DNA of 59,393 nt from a virus (taxonomy: Duplodnaviria > Caudoviricetes). The DNA is taken from the IMG/VR virus record IMGVR_UViG_3300042922_000225, positions 1 through 59,393 of that record, one strand, 5' to 3'. This document shows, piece after piece, positions 18,742 through 27,515 of the stretch. Every line of letters begins with the position of its first letter. Position 1 is the stretch's first letter. The translations under genes were made by a program, and so were the position numbers. The notes under the pieces were generated by a model. It was not told the DNA's origin and did no database searches. It saw nothing but the letters and a program-made list of their open reading frames with translations.

Positions 18742-19006
18742 CGGCAAACGGCGTGAACTTTCCTGCGGATGCTCCGGCCTGGGGGTAGTCGGCGGAGGGG
18801 GTGAACCGGAAGGAGACGACGCCGTAATCGGTAACGTGAACGTCTACGGGGGTGCCCGAGTCGATCAGGTCGCGGTTTTCCACGTACGCATGGCGCTTCA
18901 CGACGTGCTCGGAGTAGCGGTAGCCGGTGGGAAGGTCCGTAGCGAGTGTGCCGGGCAGAGAACGCAGCGGGGGCATTGTGGTGTAGACGGTGCGGGGGGT
19001 TGACAT
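18734..19006 (-). CDS. Hypothetical protein
   Basis: AAGGAG RBS. Confidence 0.55.
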   Translation of the reverse strand: MSTPRTVYTTMPPLRSLPGTLATDLPTGYRYSEHVVKRHAYVENRDLIDSGTPVDVHVTDYGVVSFRFTPSADYPQAGASAGKFTPFAVD

Positions 19007-19056
19007 GGTTTAGTTCTCCTTGTTTGTTAGCGGTCATCGTAATGTGCGGCAGTTCT

Positions 19057-19266
19057 TTAGTAGTTGGCGACCATATCCAATCCGAAGTATAGTTCGGCGT
19101 CCCTCATCGGCTCGTAGGACTCACAAGCAATCGACAGGCACGTATCCCACTCATTAGTTTTGTCGGGTGGTACCCCGGGACAAACGCTGAAATCGTCACC
19201 GCAACTATCACATCGGTGCAATGAAACTTCCGTACCGTACTCGTTTACTCCTAGTCCACGGTACAT
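19057..19266 (-). CDS. Small Cys-rich zinc-binding protein
   Basis: CDSC..C...C....C pattern. Confidence 0.55.
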   Translation of the reverse strand: MYRGLGVNEYGTEVSLHRCDSCGDDFSVCPGVPPDKTNEWDTCLSIACESYEPMRDAELYFGLDMVANY

Positions 19267-19410
19267 CTTTAATCCCTAAAAGCCAACTGTTGCCAGCGTT
19301 CAAACGCTTCGCGATAAGCGGGATCCTCGGGATTATTACCATTAGTGTCTAGAATTTGGTTCACTTCTTCAAATGCTTGATCGAGCTCTTTATTCATCTC
19401 GTTTTTCCTC

Positions 19411-20010
19411 TCAAGAGTTCTTGTTCTTCTTGGCCCGCTGTAGGGCGTCGTACTCGGAAATGATCTCGGGAATCTCCCCGGCTTCAAACGCTCTCTTGAC
19501 CTCGGCGTTAACGTAACGCTGGAAGGCGAGGAAGCCGCCGAACTCGGGGTAGTCTCCTCGGGGCACTTCGGCGAAGAAGTCCTCCTTGCCCTGCCAGTCC
19601 TTCGGTGTTGCTGCCTCTACCTTAGCCAAAACGGGGGTGACCGTCAAGCCGGTAGCGTCCTTTACTACGTCGAACGTGTACGGGTCGGTGGTGTCGTGCC
19701 AGAGGAAGTGCGAATCGGCTACCCGCTTCTCCGCCTTAATGTCGGTGGCCGTGGGGATGTCGCCCAGCCGGACCCATTCCTTGTACGTGTTCCAGTCCTT
19801 CGTACCTAGCACCTTCTGAATGACGTACCGGGGCATACCCGCTTCGACGTACCGGCGGAACTCCTTGGCTAGGGCGACTTTCACATCGTCCTGACGGGAC
19901 TTCGTGCGTCGCTTGGCTTCCTCCTTTTCCTGCTCCGCAATCTCTCGCAGCGTGGGCGCTAGGCCCTTGTAAGCCGCCCTGAGCAGTTCGTATTCGGCTT
20001 CCCAGTTCAC
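19411..20010 (-). CDS. Hypothetical protein, possible HTH
   Basis: 199 aa; AGMPRYVIQKVLGT is HTH-like. Confidence 0.6.
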   Translation of the reverse strand: MNWEAEYELLRAAYKGLAPTLREIAEQEKEEAKRRTKSRQDDVKVALAKEFRRYVEAGMPRYVIQKVLGTKDWNTYKEWVRLGDIPTATDIKAEKRVADSHFLWHDTTDPYTFDVVKDATGLTVTPVLAKVEAATPKDWQGKEDFFAEVPRGDYPEFGGFLAFQRYVNAEVKRAFEAGEIPEIISEYDALQRAKKNKNS

Positions 20011-20267
20011 AGCATATCCATTTCCATGATGTCACTTTTCAGACGGTCTGCCTCCTCGGCCAGGAACCGAATCAGGGGGATTACCCCGCCATCTCGTTCG
20101 ACCCACTTACTCCCGGTCTGGGTCCGGTCCATGATCTGCCGGGCAAGGTCGCCAATGTGCTCGGCGCGATGGTTTACGTAGATAGATGTGCTGCGAAACA
20201 CGTACGTCACAGCGTCGGGGTCAAAAACCATCTTTCCTGCGATGGCCTTGCTGTCGATTTTGGGCAT
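20007..20267 (-). CDS. Hypothetical protein
   Basis: GAGAGG RBS; TGcTAGGCT extended -10 upstream. Confidence 0.6.
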   Translation of the reverse strand: MPKIDSKAIAGKMVFDPDAVTYVFRSTSIYVNHRAEHIGDLARQIMDRTQTGSKWVERDGGVIPLIRFLAEEADRLKSDIMEMDML

Positions 20268-20299
20268 GTTTTCCTCTCTTCGGATGCCTTCTCTTTTGA

Positions 20300-20680
20300 G
20301 CCTAGCACCTAACTCCCCCCTTTAGGTTAAGAGTTGAGATTTCCCAGCTAACTCTCAGACCTAGGGCCTCGGGGCGAATTGAGCAGGTGTCATGTAACTA
20401 GCTGGGGTGCCCGAGTAGGTCATGTATTTGTAACTAGATTCGGGGTTGACGTTAGGTATCCGAGGGGTCGAAACGGGGTCCATCCGGTGGGTTTGGGGCT
20501 GTTGTGTGGTCTGACCACTAGATGAAACCCTTGATTTTTCGTGGTTTTGAGGGTCTGAGTTGTTCCTATACGTATATCTCATACTAACTCTTAGCCTGTA
20601 GTTAAGAATTATCGTACTAATTGGAGGGGAGGGAGAAAAGTTCGGGACCGTCGTAAGTTAGGGTTGCCTAACCGGGAGGT
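20300..20680. other. Candidate replication origin (non-coding)
   Basis: Seven TAACT/AGTTA pentamers and an AT-rich patch at ~20567-20622. Confidence 0.4.
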
Positions 20681-20901
20681 GGAACTTTAGAGCCCCGACC
20701 CCCTGGGAGGATCAACACCAGGAAGCTGGGGCGGGGAGATTGAGGGGTTAGCGGGATAGGACCAGCAGGAGCATCGATCCGTCGTCCTGAACGATGACCT
20801 CGTAACCTTTGAAGCCGATGACGGTTCGGCCCTGGTTGTCGGTGGTCCGGTAGATTTCGGTTCGGTTAGACATCATGTCTCCTTGGTTGGGATGTGTCTC
20901 T

Positions 20902-20930
20902 AGTATGCCGTTTGGTTGACCCGATGTCAA
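20902..20930 (-). promoter_or_regulatory. SigA-type promoter TTGACA-17-CATACT
   Basis: Consensus -35, 17-bp spacer, followed by a CCAACCAAGGAG leader. Confidence 0.78.
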
Positions 20931-21326
20931 GTGTTTTTGTGATCGGGGGTCAGAGGGAAACGATCTAAGTCCTCGGGGTGAGGTCAGGACACCCAGCCGG
21001 GTAGTTCCGTCGTTGAGGCCCTGCGTAGAGTGTAGGGAAATGGGTAAAACGGGGCTGTGAGGCTTTGGGGTGCTCAGAATAGGTATGGGGTGCCTGGGGC
21101 GATTCTAGGCCGCTGACGGTGCCTTGTAGGGCCGCTCAGAGGTGGTTGCGTCTACAGGGAGCTAAGAAACAAACCAACGGCCATTGCGACAGCACCCGTA
21201 ACCCACCCAACTGCGAGGCACGTCCACCCGTACTGCTCGCGCTGGATTCGTTCAAGACGGCGGGCAGCTTGTGCCACCCGATATTCGAGTTCGCCCATGA
21301 TGCCTTCCCAGGCTGTTGTTACTTAC

Positions 21327-21355
21327 AGTATGCGGGACTTAACGCTTCTTGTCAA
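21327..21355 (-). promoter_or_regulatory. SigA-type promoter TTGACA-17-CATACT
   Basis: Consensus -35, 17-bp spacer. Confidence 0.78.
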
Positions 21356-21464
21356 GCCCTAAATGTTCGTTTCGTGGAACAGTTGTGCACGCGTCAGCGC
21401 TTCAACCCGACTTCCACAGTCACCACGCCCGCAATGCACACCACCGCCAGGCCCACGAGCGCGA

Positions 21465-21644
21465 TCACGACGCCCCCACCAGATGAGTCATGTCCACAAC
21501 GTACGCGCCTTGCTCGATGAGGCTAGCCCGGTACTTCCGCCCGTGGTGAGCGCAGTAGGAAAGCTCTAACCCGCTAGGCAGGCTGGCGAACACGTAGGAC
21601 CGGTGTGCGCAGGCGTCGCAGGGGGTGTAGGCGAGATCACTCAT
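21465..21644 (-). CDS. Small zinc-binding protein
   Basis: CDAC...LSYCAHH motif. Confidence 0.6.
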   Translation of the reverse strand: MSDLAYTPCDACAHRSYVFASLPSGLELSYCAHHGRKYRASLIEQGAYVVDMTHLVGAS

Positions 21645-21934
21645 CAGCAAAACCTCTCCCCACGCTGAGTCTGGCGGTACTTGTTGAACGGTCGAAACAC
21701 AACCATCAGCCAAGCCGGGATCTGCTTCCAGTCCTGACCGTGCCACGCACGTCCGACACGGAACATCGGAGTGCTCACGGGCTTACCCGTCGGGTACTTG
21801 GCCCGGAAGTGCCGGTCCGCCCGCCAGCTGCCGTAGAACATGCTCAGCGGGTAGGTGCTCATAAAGCCTGACGGGCGTCGCAGGGCCAACCTGCCGGACA
21901 ATAGGCGGTTCAAGATTCCATGCCGGTACGTCAT
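21644..21934 (-). CDS. Hypothetical basic protein
   Basis: GAAGGAG RBS; coupled to the next gene. Confidence 0.5.
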   Translation of the reverse strand: MTYRHGILNRLLSGRLALRRPSGFMSTYPLSMFYGSWRADRHFRAKYPTGKPVSTPMFRVGRAWHGQDWKQIPAWLMVVFRPFNKYRQTQRGERFC

Positions 21935-22141
21935 GATCTCTCCTTCTTGTCGATTCCGAAAGATTTGCGATTCTTTACGCGGTCAGTCGCGAAAGAACTT
22001 TTCGTGCGATGCGGTGATCTTCCTCTGTCCACGGGTCGAGAGGTATCCCCGATCCGAGCCACCGCAAGTAAGTCTGATAGGCGCGGAGGGGTTCAGACCC
22101 GTCGTGAATCATCCCCCGTACCTCGGACAGAATCGGGTTGC

Positions 22142-22372
22142 TCATGCGCGAATCACGTGCGAGATACGGCCTGCGCGGGTCAGGGCGAACGTGTGGGGCT
22201 GGTCGCGGAACTCGCCGTTCTCGATCTGGTATGCGAGCGAGGCGTTGTCGCTGATGCGGAAGACACCAGAGCCAGGACGGTTTCCCTCGATGTGAACAAT
22301 CTTGATGGGGTTGCCGTAAACGGTGTGGCCCTTGCGCTCGACGCGGGAGACGGTGCCGGTGATCGTGTTCAT
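22142..22372 (-). CDS. Hypothetical protein
   Basis: AAGGAGG RBS and own promoter. Confidence 0.65.
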   Translation of the reverse strand: MNTITGTVSRVERKGHTVYGNPIKIVHIEGNRPGSGVFRISDNASLAYQIENGEFRDQPHTFALTRAGRISHVIRA

Positions 22373-22397
22373 TGTGTCCTCCTTGGTTGGTACTTAC

Positions 22398-22426
22398 AGT
22401 CTCCCACCTTTGGGGTACTGTGTCAA
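22398..22426 (-). promoter_or_regulatory. SigA-type promoter TTGACA-17-GAGACT
   Basis: Consensus -35, 17-bp spacer. Confidence 0.7.
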
Positions 22427-22820
22427 GCGGCGATTCTAGTTGGGAATGATTCTCACCTACACGCGATCCAACATTGCGACGATCGACGCGGCGTGCGAGT
22501 AGCCCACGGGCTCATCCCAGCGGGGGTGGTTGGGGTCGGCGGTCCAGTGGTCAGTCAAAGATCCACTCCTGTAGGTTAGGCGAGGCGTAAGTGGGCCGAC
22601 ACTCCATGTATCCGTCCCGGTGTACCCACTGGGTGCCGCCACGCCCGTAGAACGTTTCCGTGACGACTTCCTTCAGGCAGTGTACGCACTTGACGGGATC
22701 GTTTGAATTGCGCTGTCGCATTGGTCAATCCTTCGTCGGGTTAGCGAGCGGGCGGTGGGTCGGTGCGCCAGGCCGCGTGTAGGGACGCGGGGGGAGGCTG
22801 GGGATGGTGCTCATGATGAG

Positions 22821-22849
22821 AGTCTACCTACGCGAGGGGCTTACGTCAA
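22821..22849 (-). promoter_or_regulatory. SigA-type promoter TTGACG-17-TAGACT
   Basis: ATG 6 nt after the -10 (leaderless). Confidence 0.7.
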
Positions 22850-23214
22850 CCCGCAAAACGGATCGAGTTGTCAACCTCGGCAAGCTCAATCAGGTAGGGC
22901 AGCAGGTCATCGCCACGCTCACCCGCATCACGCAGCGCCTTGACGGCAGTACCGTATGCGGTTACGTCGGCGTCGTCACGCAGGTAGTAGGCGTTTCCGT
23001 TTGCGTCCACGTAGAAGGACTCACCCTGACCGTTGCCCTGCTTATCAGCAGCCCAGAAGCACGCGGTGTCATCCTCGGTGGCGCACATGGCGACCGTGGG
23101 GGTGGGGGCCACGTAGGCGGGGGGTGCAGTGAGGGCGGTGAATGCCAGGGTGCCAGCGATACCCACGGCGAGCGCGGATACGGCGGTGATTGCTACTGCG
23201 GTGCGAGTGTTCAT
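22846..23214 (-). CDS. Exported or membrane-anchored protein
   Basis: N-terminal signal/TM segment, then CATEDDTACFW...GNGQGESF. Confidence 0.7.
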   Translation of the reverse strand: MNTRTAVAITAVSALAVGIAGTLAFTALTAPPAYVAPTPTVAMCATEDDTACFWAADKQGNGQGESFYVDANGNAYYLRDDADVTAYGTAVKALRDAGERGDDLLPYLIELAEVDNSIRFAG

Positions 23215-23238
23215 GATTGCTCCCTTGTTTGTAGTTAC

Positions 23239-23267
23239 AGTTTGCCACGTTTAGGGTTGCGTGTCAA
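23239..23267 (-). promoter_or_regulatory. SigA-type promoter TTGACA-17-CAAACT
   Basis: First leftward promoter at the divergence point. Confidence 0.75.
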
Positions 23268-23592
23268 GCCGATTGGGGATGAGTTTGGTAACGAATGTAT
23301 AACGTACATAGGGCTCATGCATATGCACGTAGCGGCATACAGTGGGGCGCAGCGGAGGGTGGGAGGGGGTATGTCGTATGCGGCATAAGAGGTCTCGGAT
23401 TGTATGCGGATAGGGGCATGTTTTGGGGCGGGGAGGCACCGCATCCACGATCTTTCCCCTAGATTTCCTCACCCCAACAAAAGGTCCCTCACAGCACTTT
23501 CCCAGCTACACGGCCAGCCCTCCAAAAATTCTCTGATACGGTAGAAGTACAGAAGGTGGGAACAGCCCACCACCGCAACAGGAGGAGCAGGC

Positions 23593-23841
23593 ATGGACGA
23601 CGAGTACGACATCACCCGGGACATCGCGGAGTTCATGGCCCCGTACGTGGAGTGGTCCACCGAGCCCGCCCCCAGTGGCGAGTGGGAGCCGATCACCGAG
23701 GAGCAGGCCCAGGCCAACTTCCTGGAGTTCGTAGACCGAATCTCGGCTGTCGCGTGGGAACGGGGCTACGCTACCGGGCGGTTCGATTCTTCTGGCGGGT
23801 TCACCCACCCAGCACACAACCCCTACGAGGAGCAAGCATGA
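23593..23841 (+). CDS. Hypothetical acidic protein
   Basis: GGAGGAG RBS; AVAWERGY..HNPY motif. Confidence 0.65.
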   Translation: MDDEYDITRDIAEFMAPYVEWSTEPAPSGEWEPITEEQAQANFLEFVDRISAVAWERGYATGRFDSSGGFTHPAHNPYEEQA

Positions 23842-24008
23842 CATTTTACGGCAAGGTGCAGTACTGGTCGAAGACCGGGAACCTCCTGAGCGCGTATCTC
23901 GACGAACCGGAGGACGGCTCGGAGGTCTACACCGGTACAGAGCAACATTCGGATACCCCGGTCAGGGTCGTATGGTCGGACCTGGCGAATGAATGGATCG
24001 AGATTTGA
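23838..24008 (+). CDS. Hypothetical protein
   Basis: ATGA-coupled, GAGGAG RBS. Confidence 0.55.
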   Translation: MTFYGKVQYWSKTGNLLSAYLDEPEDGSEVYTGTEQHSDTPVRVVWSDLANEWIEI

Positions 24009-24186
24009 ACATGCCGCACCACATCTCATGGAGTGAGACTCTGTCAGCCGGGCAGATTGAAGTCACGGTTTGCTATGAGGACGGAACCGTGTACGATGCT
24101 AATCAGGGTTGCGGGGTTTGCTCCCTACGATCCTGGCTAGAGGACATTGACCGGTGAACGAAACAACTACAACAGGAGGAGCAAGC

Positions 24187-24366
24187 ATGACAGTTGGGGA
24201 AGTCGAAATCAAAACTCGCAAACTACCCGCCGGAGGTTACCGAGCCACTGTAACCGTCAGGGGAGACTTTTACGCCTCCGCAGACGCCTCCACCCGTGAA
24301 GCCGCCATAGCCGAGGCCAACCACTACGCAGCGCAGATCGAGTTTGACGAGTTTGGAAACTGGTGA
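24187..24366 (+). CDS. Hypothetical protein
   Basis: CAACAGGAGGAG leader. Confidence 0.55.
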   Translation: MTVGEVEIKTRKLPAGGYRATVTVRGDFYASADASTREAAIAEANHYAAQIEFDEFGNW

Positions 24367-24368
24367 GC

Positions 24369-24503
24369 ATGGCGGGCAAGAAGACTAGCATCAAGAGCAA
24401 GCTGCTGGCGAAGCTGGGGAACGAACTCAACCGGGACGGAAAGCGCTCCAAGCGTAAGTCCAAGGGATCGTCAGACAATTATTACGAGCGAAAGGGGCAG
24501 TGA
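24369..24503 (+). CDS. Very basic 44-aa peptide
   Basis: Manually translated MAGKKTSIKSKLLAKLGNELNRDGKRSKRKSKGSSDNYYERKGQ; fills the gap and overlaps the next GTG. Confidence 0.5.
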   Translation: MAGKKTSIKSKLLAKLGNELNRDGKRSKRKSKGSSDNYYERKGQ

Positions 24504-24901
24504 GCGTGGACATCCGAAAGACAGACTCCAAGGGGCGCATAAACATTGGAGTAGCCGAAACTCACTATCAGGTCAAGCGGATTAACGAAACCGACATTCT
24601 CTTGGAAGCCGTGTACGACGTAGTGGATAAGATTCCGCTCCCCGCACCGAAAGAGGCCCTGGACTACCTTTCGTCCTTCGGCCTTGACCCCCTCAAAATT
24701 GCCCGGCAAAACGCCAATGAGCACGGCTACAATGAGTTTGTGCATGATGAGGCGGGACACCGCAGCTTCGAGTACGGAGCATTCCGATACGAGCGTAAAC
24801 CCTGGCCGGAAGGCTTCAACTGGGACGAGTTTGTCGCGATTGCAACAAGGGGGGATCGCTTGAAGAAGTTGGGTGCGGATTGGCCCGTCAAGGAGGCGTG
24901 A
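24500..24901 (+). CDS. Protein with a putative AbrB/MraZ-like N-terminal DNA-binding domain
   Basis: RKTDSKGRINIG resembles the swapped-hairpin D.KGR motif. Confidence 0.55.
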   Translation: MSVDIRKTDSKGRINIGVAETHYQVKRINETDILLEAVYDVVDKIPLPAPKEALDYLSSFGLDPLKIARQNANEHGYNEFVHDEAGHRSFEYGAFRYERKPWPEGFNWDEFVAIATRGDRLKKLGADWPVKEA

Positions 24902-24945
24902 TAGGCTGGTAGTTGCGAGTTACGGGTTCACATGTTGGAACCACT

Positions 24946-24984
24946 CACTAGGCCCCTGGCAAACACCGGGGGCTTTAGTGTTTT
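24946..24984 (+). terminator. Intrinsic terminator
   Basis: CACTAGGCCCCTGG / CCGGGGGCTTTAGTG hairpin followed by TTTT. Confidence 0.7.
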
Positions 24985-25014
24985 CACAGGCAAACGTAGT
25001 AGGCTAGATAGACA

Positions 25015-25260
25015 ATGACTAATGCAAATCTCAAGGTACTCACCAAGCCAGATTGCCAGCAATGCCGGGCCACCTACCGCGCCCTTGACGCCCGGAAAAT
25101 CCCGTACGAAATCGTGGACATGAGCGTTGATGCGGAGGCGCTAGAGAAGGCCAAGGCGCTCGGGTACCTTCAGGCGCCCGTGGTTATCACCGCAGAGGGC
25201 GATCACTGGTCGGGGTTCCGCCCGGACAAGATTGACGAAGTGGCCCAGCAGCTAGCGTAA
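25015..25260 (+). CDS. nrdH: NrdH-like glutaredoxin
   Basis: TKPDCQQCRAT, LGYLQAPVV, HWSGFRPDKI. Confidence 0.92.
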   Translation: MTNANLKVLTKPDCQQCRATYRALDARKIPYEIVDMSVDAEALEKAKALGYLQAPVVITAEGDHWSGFRPDKIDEVAQQLA

Positions 25261-25296
25261 ACTGGATAGTTACCCGCAATTCGGACTGAGCGGTTC

Positions 25297-25308
25297 CTGA
25301 TAAACTGG
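25297..25308 (+). promoter_or_regulatory. Late promoter-like motif CTGATAAACTGG
   Basis: Exact copy of the repeated motif; a second TAAACTGGATAGT lies at 25258. Confidence 0.75.
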
Positions 25309-25316
25309 ATAGTGAT

Positions 25317-25754
25317 ATGAAAACGCGACTTCACAACTGGGCATCGGCCATCTTGGTCATCCCGCGGTGGCTCCTCACCGTTAAGTACGCGCTTTTCGCC
25401 CTGTACGGGGTTGTTACCGCTATTGCAGGCGTTCCCACCATTGCCGAGTCCGTAGATACCGTTTACGCCTTCATCTGGTCTGTCGTTTTCACTGTTGTCG
25501 CGGCTCTTGCGGCTTTCGGGTCGATCTCTGAGAAGTACGAGTGCCTGGAAAAGTGGGCGGCGGTGTCTATGGTGGCGCTTCTTTCGTCTCTGCTGGTCGG
25601 CGCAATTGAGCTTGTGGGCCTTGGGGACCTTAACCGGGCGGGCTTTACGATTCTAGTGCTGATCGTGACCCTTCTCCCCGGGGCTCGGGGCGCAGCACTT
25701 ATCGTTGCAACAACGTCTCGTACGCGCAGTTGGTTTACGAGGAAGCGGTCTTAA
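25317..25754 (+). CDS. Four-TM membrane protein (holin-like)
   Basis: Four hydrophobic helices and a basic C-terminal tail. Confidence 0.7.
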   Translation: MKTRLHNWASAILVIPRWLLTVKYALFALYGVVTAIAGVPTIAESVDTVYAFIWSVVFTVVAALAAFGSISEKYECLEKWAAVSMVALLSSLLVGAIELVGLGDLNRAGFTILVLIVTLLPGARGAALIVATTSRTRSWFTRKRS

Positions 25755-25755
25755 C

Positions 25756-26103
25756 GTGGAGAGTTTTGCAGCGTGGATGCCCGCTATTGTCGGCATTATT
25801 GCCCTGGGTGGAACAGTTATCGTCCGGTTCCTGCCCAACAAGGACCGCCGGGAGGGATCGTGGCAGGAAGTAGTGACTGAGAACCGAAGCCTTCGAAGCG
25901 ATCTCGAAGAACTCCGCGAGAGGTTCGAGAAGTTCGAGCAGAAAACTAACGTTCGAGTTGGGGCGCTGTCGAACATGCTCCACCAAGCCGCCGATACCTG
26001 GCCTCAGGATTCCCCGGGACCCTACTTCGACCGCCGGGACCTGGATGCGCTGGAGATCACCGACATTCCGTACGTCTGGCGGGGCCGGTACCGTTCGAAC
26101 TAA
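25756..26103 (+). CDS. Single-TM coiled-coil membrane protein
   Basis: N-terminal TM followed by a coiled coil (ENRSLRSDLEELRERFEKFE). Confidence 0.65.
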   Translation: MESFAAWMPAIVGIIALGGTVIVRFLPNKDRREGSWQEVVTENRSLRSDLEELRERFEKFEQKTNVRVGALSNMLHQAADTWPQDSPGPYFDRRDLDALEITDIPYVWRGRYRSN

Positions 26104-26187
26104 TCTGAGAGTTTCCTGAGAACCCTTCCGTTTGGAGGGGTTTTCGTGTTTTTACGGCTAGGGTAGGAGAAGAGAGAAGGAGGGGCT

Positions 26188-26583
26188 ATGCCCAAGAAGG
26201 CTAAGAAGTACGAGGACAAGCCCCTGTTTGCCCCAGGCCAGCGGGTGGCGATTCTTACCAAAGACGACTACGCTGGAATGACGGGCGAGGTGGCGGGTTT
26301 TACCGGGGATGAGTATGTCGTTCTTGTTGACGGAACGGGCGAGGATCTACTCTTCAAGGAGGACAAACTCATGGTAACCCCTGCCGAGTACCCCGCCGTA
26401 GACCCCGCCCACTACTCCTACCCCGGGGGCGCACAGGTCATCGACATCACCCGCCACATGGGGTTCCTAGAGGGCAACGTCGTGAAGTACGTCGCTCGTG
26501 CGGGCCGGAAGGGCGATAAGCTGGAGGATCTTCTGAAGGCGAAGAAGTATCTGGAATGGGCCATTGAGGATGCGCAGTCATGA
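26188..26583 (+). CDS. DUF3310-family protein with an N-terminal SH3/KOW-like domain
   Basis: VDPAHY, GFLEGNVVKYVARAGRKGDKLEDLLKAKKYL. Confidence 0.8.
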   Translation: MPKKAKKYEDKPLFAPGQRVAILTKDDYAGMTGEVAGFTGDEYVVLVDGTGEDLLFKEDKLMVTPAEYPAVDPAHYSYPGGAQVIDITRHMGFLEGNVVKYVARAGRKGDKLEDLLKAKKYLEWAIEDAQS

Positions 26584-26825
26584 GTGACCTGGGAAAGATC
26601 AAGGACGGTTCACCTCGGGCCTTCCGGGACAAGATTTTCGGACAGCGAGGGGTTGTTACTCAACTCAGCCCCTCTCAGAGCGTAGACGGCAAGATTCGTT
26701 ACGTTTTTCACCCGGACGACATCACTGACACCGAGCTTTCCTTCTTCATTCGGGTTTTGGAGGTTCGAGAAGGCGCGGAAGCCGATATGGAGATGATCTA
26801 CAAGAAGGTAGCTGAAAGTCGATGA
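26580..26825 (+). CDS. Hypothetical protein
   Basis: ATGA-coupled. Confidence 0.55.
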   Translation: MSDLGKIKDGSPRAFRDKIFGQRGVVTQLSPSQSVDGKIRYVFHPDDITDTELSFFIRVLEVREGAEADMEMIYKKVAESR

Positions 26826-26954
26826 CCCGCACAACCGAGCACGAATACCACCCCGACCGTCCACTAATCCACTTCGGGTCTCCCGTAGGCGCTAAGTATT
26901 GGCGCGAGAGGGTCCGGCCCATTTACCGTGAAGACAAGCCCGAGAGGCGCAAGC

Positions 26955-27128
26955 GTGAGCACTGAAGTAGGCGCAATACACATTTCCTACTACCTGGACG
27001 AGGAAGGTGAACTCGTCTCTGGGGTTTCCGTAGAGGGTGACATGCCGATGGTGGTCGTTATCGGACTCCTGGAAATGGCAAAAGACACGGTACTTGCAAC
27101 ATCTTACGAAGAGGACGAAAATGACTGA
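26955..27128 (+). CDS. Hypothetical acidic protein
   Basis: IGLLEMAKD motif; GTG start after GAGG. Confidence 0.55.
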   Translation: MSTEVGAIHISYYLDEEGELVSGVSVEGDMPMVVVIGLLEMAKDTVLATSYEEDEND

Positions 27129-27275
27129 CTGGTTGGCGCTTAACGAAGTAGAAGAGCGAATCCACTCGATCTACATGTGGTGGAGTATCACTGCCCCGGG
27201 CGTGTACCCCAAGGAAGAGGGCGAGCTTGCAGCGCTGTGGGCGATCTTTGACCGGGCAGTTGCGGAGGGTAAGGC

Positions 27276-27515
27276 GTGAAGGCCCTTTGGAGCGGCATTA
27301 ATTACATCTCCGAGGGAAATCCGTGGATTACGGGTCTTTGCCTAGTTTGGCTGGGGTGCATCGGTTTCTTGCTTCTAGGTCTTTTGGTCATCCCCGTTGT
27401 TGCCGCGTTTCACGGAGAGCCGAGCGTTCTTTGGTTCTATGCACCGATAGCGTTGTTCTCGTTTGTTATGTGGCGCGCTGTGAAGTGGGATTCTAAGAAG
27501 GAGGGCCGTCGATGA
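27276..27515 (+). CDS. Two-TM membrane protein
   Basis: Two hydrophobic segments; coupled. Confidence 0.6.
   Translation: MKALWSGINYISEGNPWITGLCLVWLGCIGFLLLGLLVIPVVAAFHGEPSVLWFYAPIALFSFVMWRAVKWDSKKEGRR

Noticed and set aside
20361-20582. 73-aa ORF in the candidate origin
   Set aside because: No RBS, atypical composition; the region is better explained as non-coding.
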